In this document: positions 1 through 8,602 of the stretch, in pieces
Position numbering within the stretch: the first letter of the stretch is position 1
How the letters are laid out: each line of letters opens with the position of its first letter
From: Terracidiphilus sp.
Lineage (GTDB): Bacteria; Acidobacteriota; Terriglobia; Terriglobales; Acidobacteriaceae
Length of the DNA: 64,000 bases
Direction: 5' to 3'
NCBI GenBank assembly: GCA_049520075.1
Contig: JBEKQD010000002.1
Coordinates: 34,426 to 98,425 of the forward strand
Translations under genes and position numbers: made by a program
The notes under the pieces: generated by a model
What the model was told of the DNA's origin: nothing
Database searches by the model: none
What the model saw: only the letters and a program-made list of their open reading frames with translations

Positions 1-316
1 CGATCGCTCGCCCGCCGAGCAGGTCGAACTGCTGGCCCGGATGGGTATCGACTCAGGAATTCGCGGCTTTGTTTGCTCGTCGCAGGAGGTTGCTGGTTTG
101 CGCTCCATCACCGGCCCCGAAGGCGTGCTGGTCGTCCCTGGCATTCGTCCAGCAGGGACGGCAAATGGGGACCAGAAGCGGGTAGCAACGCCCGCTGAGG
201 CCCTGGGGCTAGGCGCTAGTTATCTGGTTGTAGGCCGCCCCATCACCCAGGCTCCTGACCCAGCCGAGGCGGCAGACGCAATCCTCAAAGAAATGGCCGA
301 AGCTCTGGAACCCTAG
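1..316 (+). CDS. pyrF: orotidine 5'-phosphate decarboxylase, C-terminal fragment (5' end upstream of window)
   Basis: Frame open from base 2 to TAG at 314-316; translation contains GFVCSSQEV, VVPGIRPAG, DQKRVATP and YLVVGRPI, the conserved C-terminal PyrF blocks. Confidence 0.85.
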   Translation, partial: DRSPAEQVELLARMGIDSGIRGFVCSSQEVAGLRSITGPEGVLVVPGIRPAGTANGDQKRVATPAEALGLGASYLVVGRPITQAPDPAEAADAILKEMAEALEP

Positions 317-353
317 TGTCCTGAGTCCGAAATAGGCAACACAAAACTGACGG

Positions 354-440
354 TCATTCTGAGCGAACGGGGCTCCGAACGCCTCTCAGTTCGGGCGTGG
401 TGGGTCGAAGAATCTGCGGTTGTTCTTCGATGAACTTCAG
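354..440. repeat. possible REP/MITE-like intergenic element with internal hairpin
   Basis: gtcattctgagcgaacgg...gtcgaagaatctgcgg reads VILSER...VEES in one frame, a signature I recall from dispersed intergenic repeats in Acidobacteriota. CCGAAC (375-380) pairs with GTTCGG (389-394). Only one copy in this window, so repeat status rests on memory. Confidence 0.3.
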
Positions 441-471
441 ACTCACCGCACTTACCACTGAACGCATAAAG

Positions 472-491
472 GCCCGGCGGAAGCCGGGCCT
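472..491 (-). terminator. putative intrinsic terminator of the zinc-ribbon gene
   Basis: GGCCCGGC-GGAA-GCCGGGCC, perfect 8-bp GC stem with tetraloop. Read on the minus strand it is followed by TTTATGCG and lies 28 nt past the stop codon at 520-522. Confidence 0.6.
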
Positions 492-519
492 CTAAGTCAA
501 ATCAGAGCTAAATCAATCC

Positions 520-699
520 TTACAGTTTTTCGTAGAAATCGCAGACCGAACACGAGATATAAACGCCGCCCGGAATGCCGCGCTCGCGGTCCTTCACGCG
601 CTTGACGATGCGCGTTGGCTTTTTGCACTTGGGACAGTCGGTTGACTTCGTCGTGTCCATTTCCTTCTTGCGGTCACCTGTTTTCGCAATCTTGGCCAT
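520..699 (-). CDS. small basic zinc-ribbon protein (59 aa), function unknown
   Basis: MAKIAKTGDRKKEMDTTKSTDCPKCKKPTRIVKRVKDRERGIPGGVYISCSVCDFYEKL has CPKC...CSVC cysteine pairs. ATG at 699 is preceded by AGAAGGAGAAATACCCGTCA (GGAG RBS). The 738 start in the ORF track has no RBS. Confidence 0.6.
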   Translation of the reverse strand: MAKIAKTGDRKKEMDTTKSTDCPKCKKPTRIVKRVKDRERGIPGGVYISCSVCDFYEKL

Positions 700-827
700 T
701 TGACGGGTATTTCTCCTTCTTGGGGTGTCTCTGCACACACGCCCAATGATTCTGGGCGCGGCTTCAACGGCGCGGTCAATTGCTAGCCTCCAAAAGAGAA
801 TGCCTGGAGACAGCGGACTCGCTCTGA

Positions 828-882
828 CCAGTTTACATCAGCGCCGTCTGAGCCGCTTCCCTGCCACGTTTATGTAAACTGG
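828..882. promoter_or_regulatory. perfect 11-bp inverted repeat CCAGTTTACAT / ATGTAAACTGG with 33-nt spacer
   Basis: Arms at 828-838 and 872-882 are exact reverse complements. The element lies in the divergent intergenic region, 26 nt upstream of the ATG at 908. Function (operator pair, stem-loop or mini-TIR element) not determinable. Confidence 0.4.
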
Positions 883-907
883 GAGCTGCTGTGGAGGCTA
901 CATTGCC

Positions 908-1375
908 ATGCCCGTTCGCTGGATGAGTGAAATAGACGCCCGCGAGTTCCTCACCGGGCAGCCCGAAGGCCGCCTGGGCACCTGCAACGCCTCCGGGCAG
1001 CCGTACATCACGCCTCTGAATTATCTCTATCGCGAAGGAAAGATCTACTTCCACTCCAAACTCATTGGCAAAAAGCTCGACAACATCGCCGAAAACAACC
1101 GAGTTTGCTTTGAGGCGAGCGCGGTTGAAAAGATCGCGGTCTCAACTGACCGTCCCTGCGCCTGTTCCACCCGCTATACGTCTGTTTTGGCCTTTGGCGC
1201 CGCACGCTTGATCTCCGATGACGCAGAAAAGACAGTCTTGCTGAATCTGCTGGTGGATAAATATGCTGGCGGCAAATCTTTTGCGCCCGTTCAAGAGAAA
1301 CATGCTGCGGACTGCGCCGTGGTAGAGATTTGCATCGACGAAATCAGCGGCAAGATGAACGTCGATCCGCAGTAG
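908..1375 (+). CDS. pyridoxamine 5'-phosphate oxidase-family FMN-binding protein
   Basis: 155 aa; EIDAREFLTGQPEGRLGTCNASGQPYITPLNYLYREGKIYFHS and NRVCFE match the split-barrel PNPOx-like (Pyridox_ox_2-type) layout. Confidence 0.75.
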   Translation: MPVRWMSEIDAREFLTGQPEGRLGTCNASGQPYITPLNYLYREGKIYFHSKLIGKKLDNIAENNRVCFEASAVEKIAVSTDRPCACSTRYTSVLAFGAARLISDDAEKTVLLNLLVDKYAGGKSFAPVQEKHAADCAVVEICIDEISGKMNVDPQ

Positions 1376-1392
1376 GTATGTAATCCCGGACC

Positions 1393-2430
1393 CTAGTTGG
1401 CATCAGACGGCCGGCTTGCCGATGGGGCCTCTGGATTCGCCTGCGGCGTAGCAACCGGCAAAATCTGAACCAGCCCAGGTGCAGCGGGCTCGGTCGCGCC
1501 CATGGCGGCTTCATGCTGTCTGCGCCCGGCGGCGTCCAGGTCCACCGGAATCCCGCCCGGCACAATCACCGGCACGTTGTACCGAAAGTCCAGATCTCGC
1601 GTGATGCGGTAGACCACAGGCAACCCGGCAAGCAAGACAACAAAAGCTACCCAACTGCCGTCCAGACCAAAGCCGCCCCCGGTCAGCCAGAACGGCCCCA
1701 TCGGATTGCCCTGCACCACCGGCGACTGGCTGCTGACTCCACTCACCGCCAATCCAAACAGCAGCGCACGGCTCGCCTTCCAGCCAAAGTTGATTCCCCA
1801 ACTTAGCCACAATGCACGCGTACGCAGGTAAGCTATGGAGAGAACAAGACTGAGCACAATGGAGACGGCGACACTCGAGCGGCTCGATCCGGGCACAAGC
1901 CCTTGCACGATGGCGTAAAAGGCTGCATAGCCCAACACCGCTCCCAGCGAGCCCACTGATTCCGCGAAACGCTGAAATCCGTAGCCGCGAAAGGCAACCT
2001 CTTCGGCCAGCGACAGCAGCGCAAAAAATGCGGTGTCGACCGCCAGCCATCCCCAGGCCGAAGGCCCAAGGAAGAGGACAATAGCGATGCCTCCTCCCAC
2101 CAGCATTGGAAGAATGCATACCACGGCAAGCGCCCAGCCCACGGTCATCCCAAGGCCAGCCTCGCCTTTCCAGCCGGTCCGCCGCGGCAACCCTTGTTCG
2201 CTCACCGGATGCAGCTGTCGGTCGAGCGTCAATCCCATGCTCGCATAGCCCACAAGCAGCAGACCGAGCAGCATTCCCTGCTCCACCAGCGGGCGCCACT
2301 GTTCACTTACCAGTAACCGCGCCTCACGCAGAGCCAACGATCGCGCCAGAAAGAACCAAATCACTGCAAGGATGAATCGCCAATAAGCTCTGAAGCGACT
2401 GACGGCAGGCTGAATCGGGCTCATCGGCAT
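1393..2430 (-). CDS. CPBP-family (CAAX/Abi) intramembrane metalloprotease
   Basis: Polytopic membrane protein carrying the family motif 1 LAEEVAFRGYGFQRF (EExxxR). The proline/alanine-rich C-terminal tail is atypical. Confidence 0.75.
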   Translation of the reverse strand: MPMSPIQPAVSRFRAYWRFILAVIWFFLARSLALREARLLVSEQWRPLVEQGMLLGLLLVGYASMGLTLDRQLHPVSEQGLPRRTGWKGEAGLGMTVGWALAVVCILPMLVGGGIAIVLFLGPSAWGWLAVDTAFFALLSLAEEVAFRGYGFQRFAESVGSLGAVLGYAAFYAIVQGLVPGSSRSSVAVSIVLSLVLSIAYLRTRALWLSWGINFGWKASRALLFGLAVSGVSSQSPVVQGNPMGPFWLTGGGFGLDGSWVAFVVLLAGLPVVYRITRDLDFRYNVPVIVPGGIPVDLDAAGRRQHEAAMGATEPAAPGLVQILPVATPQANPEAPSASRPSDAN

Positions 2431-3276
2431 TTAACCTTCCGTGTAAAACTGTGCAATGTTGCGGAACTTTGCCTGGCGCTCCGCTACCAGAGCCTCGATT
2501 GGTAATGCCTTGAGCTCGGCCAGATGCTTCTTCAGCACAGTACTCAGCGATCTCGTGCCTGCCTCAGGGTCGGTATGAATACCCTCCGGTGGTTCCTGCA
2601 CGATCTCATCTACGCAGCCCAGAGCGGCAACCTCGGGCGCTGAGATGCGCATAGCTTCGGCGGCCAACTGCTTGTGGGATGCGTCGCGCCACATGATGGC
2701 CGCGCAAGACTCCGGCGTAATCACAAAGTAAAGAGCATTCTCGAGAATAAGCACACGGTCGCTGACAGCAAGCGCCAGCGCGCCTCCTGACCCTCCCTCG
2801 CCGCTGATTACTGAGATGGTAGGTACCCGCAACCGCGACATTTCCAGAAGATTGCGCGCTATCGCCTCCGCCTGGCCCCGCTCTTCCGCGCCCAGACCGG
2901 GGAAAGCTCCGGGCAGATCGATGAAGCTGATGACCGGCCGCCCGAATTTCTCGGCGATCTTCATGCAGCGAAGCGCCTTGCGGTAGCCTTCTGGATGGGG
3001 CATGCCAAAGTTACGCCGCACCCGTTCCCTGGTCGAGCCGCCCTTGCGGTTACCGATAACCAGCACCTCTTCGCCATCCAGCCGGGCCATTCCGCAGGCC
3101 AGCGCTTCGTCGTCTCCAAAGTAACGATCGCCGTGAATCTCGCTGAAATCAGAGAAAATCTTCTCGATGAAGTCCATGGGGTAAGGCCGCTGGGGATGGC
3201 GTGCCCGTTCAATCCTAATCCACGCCGGCGACATCGCCTGCGCCTCAATGGAAATCCCTGTCTCCTGTTCGCTCAT
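2431..3276 (-). CDS. accA: acetyl-CoA carboxylase carboxyltransferase alpha subunit
   Basis: ARHPQRPY, GDRYFGDDEALACGMARLDG, NFGMPHPEGYRKALR and PGAFPGLGAEERGQAEAIA are AccA hallmarks. Start chosen at ATG 3276 (AAGGAG 3 nt upstream). The ORF is open up to 3390, so the start is uncertain. Confidence 0.85.
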   Translation of the reverse strand: MSEQETGISIEAQAMSPAWIRIERARHPQRPYPMDFIEKIFSDFSEIHGDRYFGDDEALACGMARLDGEEVLVIGNRKGGSTRERVRRNFGMPHPEGYRKALRCMKIAEKFGRPVISFIDLPGAFPGLGAEERGQAEAIARNLLEMSRLRVPTISVISGEGGSGGALALAVSDRVLILENALYFVITPESCAAIMWRDASHKQLAAEAMRISAPEVAALGCVDEIVQEPPEGIHTDPEAGTRSLSTVLKKHLAELKALPIEALVAERQAKFRNIAQFYTEG

Positions 3277-3465
3277 CTGCTCCTTGTCATTCAATCCAGT
3301 GGGGCTCGATACTGGCGAGACGGCCACCAATGCTGATTCTAAGGGCCACGGGCCGTCGGCACAAATGGAAGGAACCAGAAGGTGACGCATTCTGTCAGTA
3401 TGCTACCCTCATCTAAACTATTCTAAGCACTCAACTCATCCGTTTTTGAGCGAAGAGGACTTCTC

Positions 3466-4038
3466 TTGGGCTGGATCACGCTTTTGGCTATTGCATTTTC
3501 TCTTTCGCTGGACGCTTTTGCTGTAGCCACTGTTGCTGGCATTACCCTGGGAGAGCCCTCAAGACGGCAGCGCTTCCGGCTGAGCTTCCACTTTGGAGTC
3601 TTTCAGGCGCTCATGCTCACCGGTGGATGGTGCTTAGGCAGCGCCGTTGCACGCCTATTGCACGGACTGGACGCATGGGTAGCTTTCGCGCTGCTGGCCC
3701 TTGTCGGCGGAAACATTGTTCGCAACTCCCTTCGCAGCGACAAGGATGAACACCGAAAATTCGATCCGACACGCGGCTGGGAGTTGGTCTTTCTCTCTGT
3801 AGCCTCTAGTCTCGATGCGCTTGCGGTTGGCATTTCTCTGGCAATGGTCAACTCCCTCATCATCCGCTCGGCGCTCGTCGTGGGCATTGTCTCCTATGTC
3901 ATGACACTGCTGGGCATGATGGTTGGCAAGAAGATCGGCGCAATCTGGGGACGCCGCTGTGAGTTCGTCGGCGGCATTATCTTGATTTCGATTGGCCTCT
4001 ACATTCTGCGGCCCGCACTGCGGGCGCTCCATTTCTAG
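3466..4038 (+). CDS. mntP: manganese efflux pump MntP
   Basis: 190 aa, six predicted TM segments, duplicated LSLDAFAV / SSLDALAVG motifs typical of MntP (DUF204). TTG start as given in the ORF track. Confidence 0.8.
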   Translation: MGWITLLAIAFSLSLDAFAVATVAGITLGEPSRRQRFRLSFHFGVFQALMLTGGWCLGSAVARLLHGLDAWVAFALLALVGGNIVRNSLRSDKDEHRKFDPTRGWELVFLSVASSLDALAVGISLAMVNSLIIRSALVVGIVSYVMTLLGMMVGKKIGAIWGRRCEFVGGIILISIGLYILRPALRALHF

Positions 4039-4133
4039 GCCTACTACGCTTAATATCCTGCCCGAGAAAATCAAGCTGTCGGCCAGAGTAATCGGAACCT
4101 GACTTGGCCGATACCGTCGTCTGATGCGGTAAG

Positions 4134-4859
4134 TTACCGCGCGCCGTCTACATGGCTCGCCCTTTGCGTGGCCAGGCGGCTGACAGCCTCGCTCTGCTTG
4201 ACCATTTCCATCACCGAGAGACCTTTTTCCGCCAGCGCTCCCGTCGGACAAGCCTGCACGCACTTGCCGCAGCCTGTGCAGTTGCTTGCCTTGCCCCAGT
4301 CGTCCTTGAGATCGCTGACAATGCGCGAGTAGATGCCGCGCGAGGCAACCTCCCAAACATGCGCTCCTTCCACCTCCGCACACACCCGCACGCAGCGCGT
4401 GCACAGGATGCAGCGATTCTGATCGAGGACGAAGCGGGGATGCGTCATATCCACCGTCATCCGCGGATTGTTGTAGGAGTAACGCACGTGGGTGATGCCC
4501 AGCGAACGCGCCAGCGACTGTAGCTCGCAATGACCGTTGGAGACGCAAGCTGAGCAGATGTGGTTTCGTTCCACGAGCAGCAACTCGACAGCCATCCTCC
4601 TATATTGTGTCAGCTTGGCCGAGGCCGTCTTGATCGACATGCCTTCCTGAATAGGCGTGGTACAGGCCGGCAACAGTCGATCGGTGCCTGCAAGTTCCAC
4701 CATGCACACGCGGCAGGCTCCCACTGCGCTCAATCCCTTCAGGTAGCAGAGTGTCGGAATCTGCTTTCCGTTGGCTTGGGCCGCTTCCAGAATGCTCTGC
4801 CCTTCACTGGCGGTCACCAGTTCGCCATCAATCCGGACGGAAATCGTTTTAATCGGCAC
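4134..4859 (-). CDS. HoxU/NuoG-N-terminal-like iron-sulfur subunit (2Fe-2S plus 4Fe-4S ferredoxin domains)
   Basis: N-terminal plant-type 2Fe-2S fold (CYLKGLSAVGACRVCMVE...PACTTP), then HICSACVSNGHCELQ, CILCTRCVRVC and CTGCGKCVQACP cluster motifs. GTG start at 4859 preceded by AAGGAG at 7-nt spacing. Confidence 0.85.
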   Translation of the reverse strand: MPIKTISVRIDGELVTASEGQSILEAAQANGKQIPTLCYLKGLSAVGACRVCMVELAGTDRLLPACTTPIQEGMSIKTASAKLTQYRRMAVELLLVERNHICSACVSNGHCELQSLARSLGITHVRYSYNNPRMTVDMTHPRFVLDQNRCILCTRCVRVCAEVEGAHVWEVASRGIYSRIVSDLKDDWGKASNCTGCGKCVQACPTGALAEKGLSVMEMVKQSEAVSRLATQRASHVDGAR

Positions 4860-4883
4860 AGCGGCGCTCCTTTTCTCAGAAAC

Positions 4884-7800
4884 TCAATTGGCGTTGAAGT
4901 TGGCTCGCAAATCGCAGCGCAGACAGCGGCGGCACTCTTCCAGCGCCTCCTTGGGATCGAGACCCGCAACCACTTCCTGTTGCGAATGAACCCTGAGGGC
5001 AGCAGGCAGGTCGCGCGCCGCATGGCGTCGGCTGAGACTCGGCTCTCCCGGCGCCGTCCGGCTGTATTCAAAGTCCTGAAATAGTCTTTCCCAGCGCTGT
5101 TCGCCCGTCAGACGCTCGTCCATCTTCTGCGCCGCCTGCTTGCCGCAGCTCATGGCGTTGGAAACATTGGATGCGCCAGTAATCACGTCGCCGCCTGCGT
5201 AAAAATTGGGCCGGCTTGTCTCGTACGTGAAACGATCCACGATGATCGTTCCTTCTTCCTTGAGTTCCAAACCGGAAGCCCGGCAGAAATCCTGGTCAAA
5301 GGTTTCGCCAACGGCCAGAATCACGCTGTCGCACTCAAATCGCTGCACCTCGTCCGTGGGCATCGGCCTTCTGCGGCCGCTCTTGTCGTACTCGCCCAGC
5401 CGCGTTTTGACAATCTCGATGGCCTTCACACTGCCATCCGCTCCGCCTAGAATGCGGTGCGGCGCAGCGAGAAAGACAAAGCGCACACCCTCGTCCTCTG
5501 CGGCCTGGATCTCCTCGTCGATGGCCGGCATATCCTGACGTTCACGACGGTAGAGGATGATGGCCTGCGCGCCCATGCGCATCACAGTGCGGGCCGAATC
5601 GATGGCCGCATTGCCGCCGCCAATGATCGCGACCCTGGCGCCCATGGATACCTCCTCCTTGCGGGCGACAGATTCCAGGAAAGGCAGCGCGGGGTGAACA
5701 TTTTTTAATTCCGTGCCGGGCAAATAGAGCCACGATTCTTTCCAGGTCCCAATAGAAAGGAAGACCGCGTCGAATTGGCTGGCTAGCTCGTTCAGCGAAA
5801 CATCGAAGCCGATACGAGTGCCGAATACCATCTTCACGCCGACCCCTTCGATTAGATCCAGCTCCTTGCGCAGCACTGATTTCGGTAGCCGGTACTCGGG
5901 AATGGCAAAGCGCAACATGCCGCCAGCCTCGTTGCGTTCCTCGAAAATCGTCACGTCGTGGCCCAGCATCGCGAGGTAAAACGCGGCCGTCAAGCCAGTA
6001 GGGCCAGACCCGGCCACGGCCACCTTGCGACCGGTCGGCGCCAGCTTCCGCGCGCGAATCCTTTCCAGCATTGGCTCAAATAAATCGGATTGATAAACTG
6101 AGTCAGCCAGGAAACGATGTACCTCGCGCATATTCACTACTTCGTCGAAAGACTGCCGGCGGCATCTGTTGTCGCATGGATGCTGACACACCCTTCCGGT
6201 AGAAGCAGGCAACGGATTGTCGAGAATCACGGACTCGAAAGCATCCGCCAACCGGCCCTCCTGGTATAACTCCAAAAAGCGCGGAATGTTCATCCTCAGC
6301 GGGCAACTGTTTTCGCAGGGCGATAGCGCCAGCTCCTGGCAAACACCTGCGCGGCAGCGATGAGCAACGATGTGGTCTTCGTACTCGTCGCGAAAGTGGC
6401 GAATAGTAGTGAGCACGGGATTGGGAGCCGACTGCCCCAGCGCGCAGAGCGAGCACTCTCGAATCATCCGTCCCAGTTCATCCAACAGGTTCATCTGTTC
6501 GCGGGTTCCGCTGCCTTTGGTGATCGCATTCAGGATGCGTAGCGCCTTGTTCAGCCCCACTCTGCACGGGACGCATTTGCCGCATGATTCCGAATGGGTG
6601 AACTCGATGAAGTAGCGAGCGACGTCGACCATGCAATTGTCTTCGTCCATCACCACCATGCCGCCCGAGCCCATGATGGAGCCGATCTGCGCCAGGCTCT
6701 CATAATCGACAGGCGTATCCAGCATCTCGACGGGAATGCAGCCGCCGGAGGGTCCGCCGGTCTGCACCGCTTTTACGTGACGGCCAGACGCAGTGCCTTC
6801 GCCAATGTCGTAGATGAAGCTCTTCAGCGGAGTGCCCAACGGCATCTCCACCAGGCCGGTATTCTGGATTTTCCCCACCAGCGAAAAGACCTTTGTCCCG
6901 GGGCTCTTCGCGCTGCCCGTTTCAGCGAACCATCCCGGACCGCGGGTAACAATGGGCGCAATGTTGTACCAGGTCTCGACATTGTTGATGTTGGTTGGCT
7001 TGCCCCACAATCCCCTTTGCGCCGGGTACGGCGGGCGGGGACGCGGACGGCCCGCCTGGCCTTCCAGAGATGCAATCAGCGCCGTTTCTTCCCCGCAAAC
7101 AAAAGCTCCGGCTCCCTGCACCAGTTGAATATTGAAGTTGAAGCCGCGGTCGAGTATGTTGGCTCCCAGCATTCCGTATTCGCGCGCCTGCTCAATAGCC
7201 TTGGTCAAGCGGCTCACTGCTAGCGGATACTCGGCGCGCACATAGATGATGCCCTCCGTCGCACCCATCACATACGCGCCGATGATCATGCCTTCCAGCA
7301 GCGAATGAGGATCGCCCTCAATCTCGTTGCGATTCATATAAGCGCCGGGGTCTCCCTCGTCGGCGTTGCAAATAACGTACTTGCTATCGCCCTTCGCCTT
7401 GGCCATGAAGTCCCACTTGTTTCCGGTGAGAAATCCCGCACCCCCGCGTCCGCGCAGCCGGGCCGCTTTGATCTGTTCGATAACACTGTCGGTACGGCCG
7501 TCGATCAGCACCTTATAAAGAGCCTGATAGCCGCCCACCGCGATGTATTCCTCAATGTCCGACGGATTGATGAGGCCGCAGTTGCGCAAAACAATCTTCT
7601 TTTGCCCCTTGAAGAAAGGGATCGCGTTCCATGAAGGAATATCCGGGTAGCCCTGGCCGTACTTCAGGTGCGCCGTAATGTGATCCCATTCCTCGATCTT
7701 GCAATAAATAAGGTCTTTGGGCATAGTCCGCGTCGAAATGCTCTCCAGAATGCGCGCGGCATCGTTCGCCTGCGCGCGATGGAGCACCACAAGGGGGTTT

Positions 7801-8045
7801 CCCGGTAGGCGCACACTTACCAACGGCTCTTGAAAGCAAGATCCGAAGCAGCCTACTCCGGCCAGCATCACATCCAATCCGTTTCGTTGAATGGCCTCAT
7901 TGAGGGCGTGAAAAACCTCTTCGGCGCCATTACCGCGGCCACAGGTCCCCATTCCCACGGTCAGGCGCGGTGTGGCCGGCATCAGCTTGGCAAGCCCTGC
8001 TTCGCGAACCGCGTTGAACGCACCGATATCCTGAATTCGCGGCAT
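4884..8045 (-). CDS. fusion protein: thioredoxin-like 2Fe-2S domain + NuoF/HoxF-like FMN/NADH module + GltD/NfnB-like FAD/NAD(P)H oxidoreductase
   Basis: 1053 aa. GRGGAGFLTGNKWDF (FMN/NADH site) and ESCGKCVPCRVG (N3-type 4Fe-4S) define the NuoF part. CPLRMNIP...CQHPCDNRCRR, VAVAGSGPTGLTAAFYLA, IIGGGNAAIDSART and YAGGDV define a GltD-like C-terminal half. Confidence 0.9.
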   Translation of the reverse strand: MPRIQDIGAFNAVREAGLAKLMPATPRLTVGMGTCGRGNGAEEVFHALNEAIQRNGLDVMLAGVGCFGSCFQEPLVSVRLPGNPLVVLHRAQANDAARILESISTRTMPKDLIYCKIEEWDHITAHLKYGQGYPDIPSWNAIPFFKGQKKIVLRNCGLINPSDIEEYIAVGGYQALYKVLIDGRTDSVIEQIKAARLRGRGGAGFLTGNKWDFMAKAKGDSKYVICNADEGDPGAYMNRNEIEGDPHSLLEGMIIGAYVMGATEGIIYVRAEYPLAVSRLTKAIEQAREYGMLGANILDRGFNFNIQLVQGAGAFVCGEETALIASLEGQAGRPRPRPPYPAQRGLWGKPTNINNVETWYNIAPIVTRGPGWFAETGSAKSPGTKVFSLVGKIQNTGLVEMPLGTPLKSFIYDIGEGTASGRHVKAVQTGGPSGGCIPVEMLDTPVDYESLAQIGSIMGSGGMVVMDEDNCMVDVARYFIEFTHSESCGKCVPCRVGLNKALRILNAITKGSGTREQMNLLDELGRMIRECSLCALGQSAPNPVLTTIRHFRDEYEDHIVAHRCRAGVCQELALSPCENSCPLRMNIPRFLELYQEGRLADAFESVILDNPLPASTGRVCQHPCDNRCRRQSFDEVVNMREVHRFLADSVYQSDLFEPMLERIRARKLAPTGRKVAVAGSGPTGLTAAFYLAMLGHDVTIFEERNEAGGMLRFAIPEYRLPKSVLRKELDLIEGVGVKMVFGTRIGFDVSLNELASQFDAVFLSIGTWKESWLYLPGTELKNVHPALPFLESVARKEEVSMGARVAIIGGGNAAIDSARTVMRMGAQAIILYRRERQDMPAIDEEIQAAEDEGVRFVFLAAPHRILGGADGSVKAIEIVKTRLGEYDKSGRRRPMPTDEVQRFECDSVILAVGETFDQDFCRASGLELKEEGTIIVDRFTYETSRPNFYAGGDVITGASNVSNAMSCGKQAAQKMDERLTGEQRWERLFQDFEYSRTAPGEPSLSRRHAARDLPAALRVHSQQEVVAGLDPKEALEECRRCLRCDLRANFNAN

Positions 8046-8602
8046 TAGTTTCCCCCTTGTCTCATCGTTCCGGTCTGGCTCAACGCCTTCACTTCACGTT
8101 GCAGCGTGCGCTCATTCACATGGCTGAGAATATGGTGGTTCACTTCGACCACCGGGGCCAGAGCACACTGCCCGAAACAAGCAACAGTGCGCACCGTGAA
8201 GCGCTGGTCGGCAGTGGTGAGTGCCAGCTTGTCGGCCTCGTTTGTATCGCTCGCTTCCTGCCCGCTGAGTCCCAGATCCAGGCACAGTTTCTCCAGCAGA
8301 TCGCGTGAGCCGCGCGTATGGCAGGCTGTCCCGCGGCACACGCACACCACGTTGTCACCCTGCGGATCGAGGTTAAAGAGCGCGTAGAAGGTCGCGGCGC
8401 TGTAAATCTTTGCCGGGGGAATGCCGGTTTCCGCCGCGATGTACCGCAGCGACTCCATGGACAGATACTTATGCGAATTGGCCGCCTGAACCATTTCCAG
8501 TATTCCCAGCAAGGCTCCGGGCCGGCCGGCGTGCTCTGCTACAGCCTGATCGATCAGCAGTTTTTCGTGAGCGTTCGGCGCTCCACTGGCAACACTCTCC
8601 AT
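8045..8602 (-). CDS. NuoE/HoxE-like 2Fe-2S subunit
   Basis: VCVCRGTACHTRGS...VACFGQCALAPVVEVN is the NuoE thioredoxin-like 2Fe-2S signature. GGAGG RBS 5 nt before ATG 8602. Its TAA overlaps the downstream ATG by 1 nt (TAATG). Confidence 0.9.
   Translation of the reverse strand: MESVASGAPNAHEKLLIDQAVAEHAGRPGALLGILEMVQAANSHKYLSMESLRYIAAETGIPPAKIYSAATFYALFNLDPQGDNVVCVCRGTACHTRGSRDLLEKLCLDLGLSGQEASDTNEADKLALTTADQRFTVRTVACFGQCALAPVVEVNHHILSHVNERTLQREVKALSQTGTMRQGGN

Noticed and set aside
1511-2299. 262-aa minus-strand ORF in an alternative frame of the CPBP protease gene
   Set aside because: The G/R/A-rich translation has no membrane-protein character. The overlapping frame carries the EExxxR motif and TM segments.
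3391-3465. Looked for a yybP-ykoY manganese riboswitch upstream of mntP
   Set aside because: Only 75 nt are available. I could not find the conserved four-way-junction sequence features of that class, and no hairpins of note.
3655-4548. 297-aa minus-strand ORF
   Set aside because: It spans the antisense of mntP and an alternative frame of the HoxU-like gene. Both neighbours have clear family motifs and this ORF has none.
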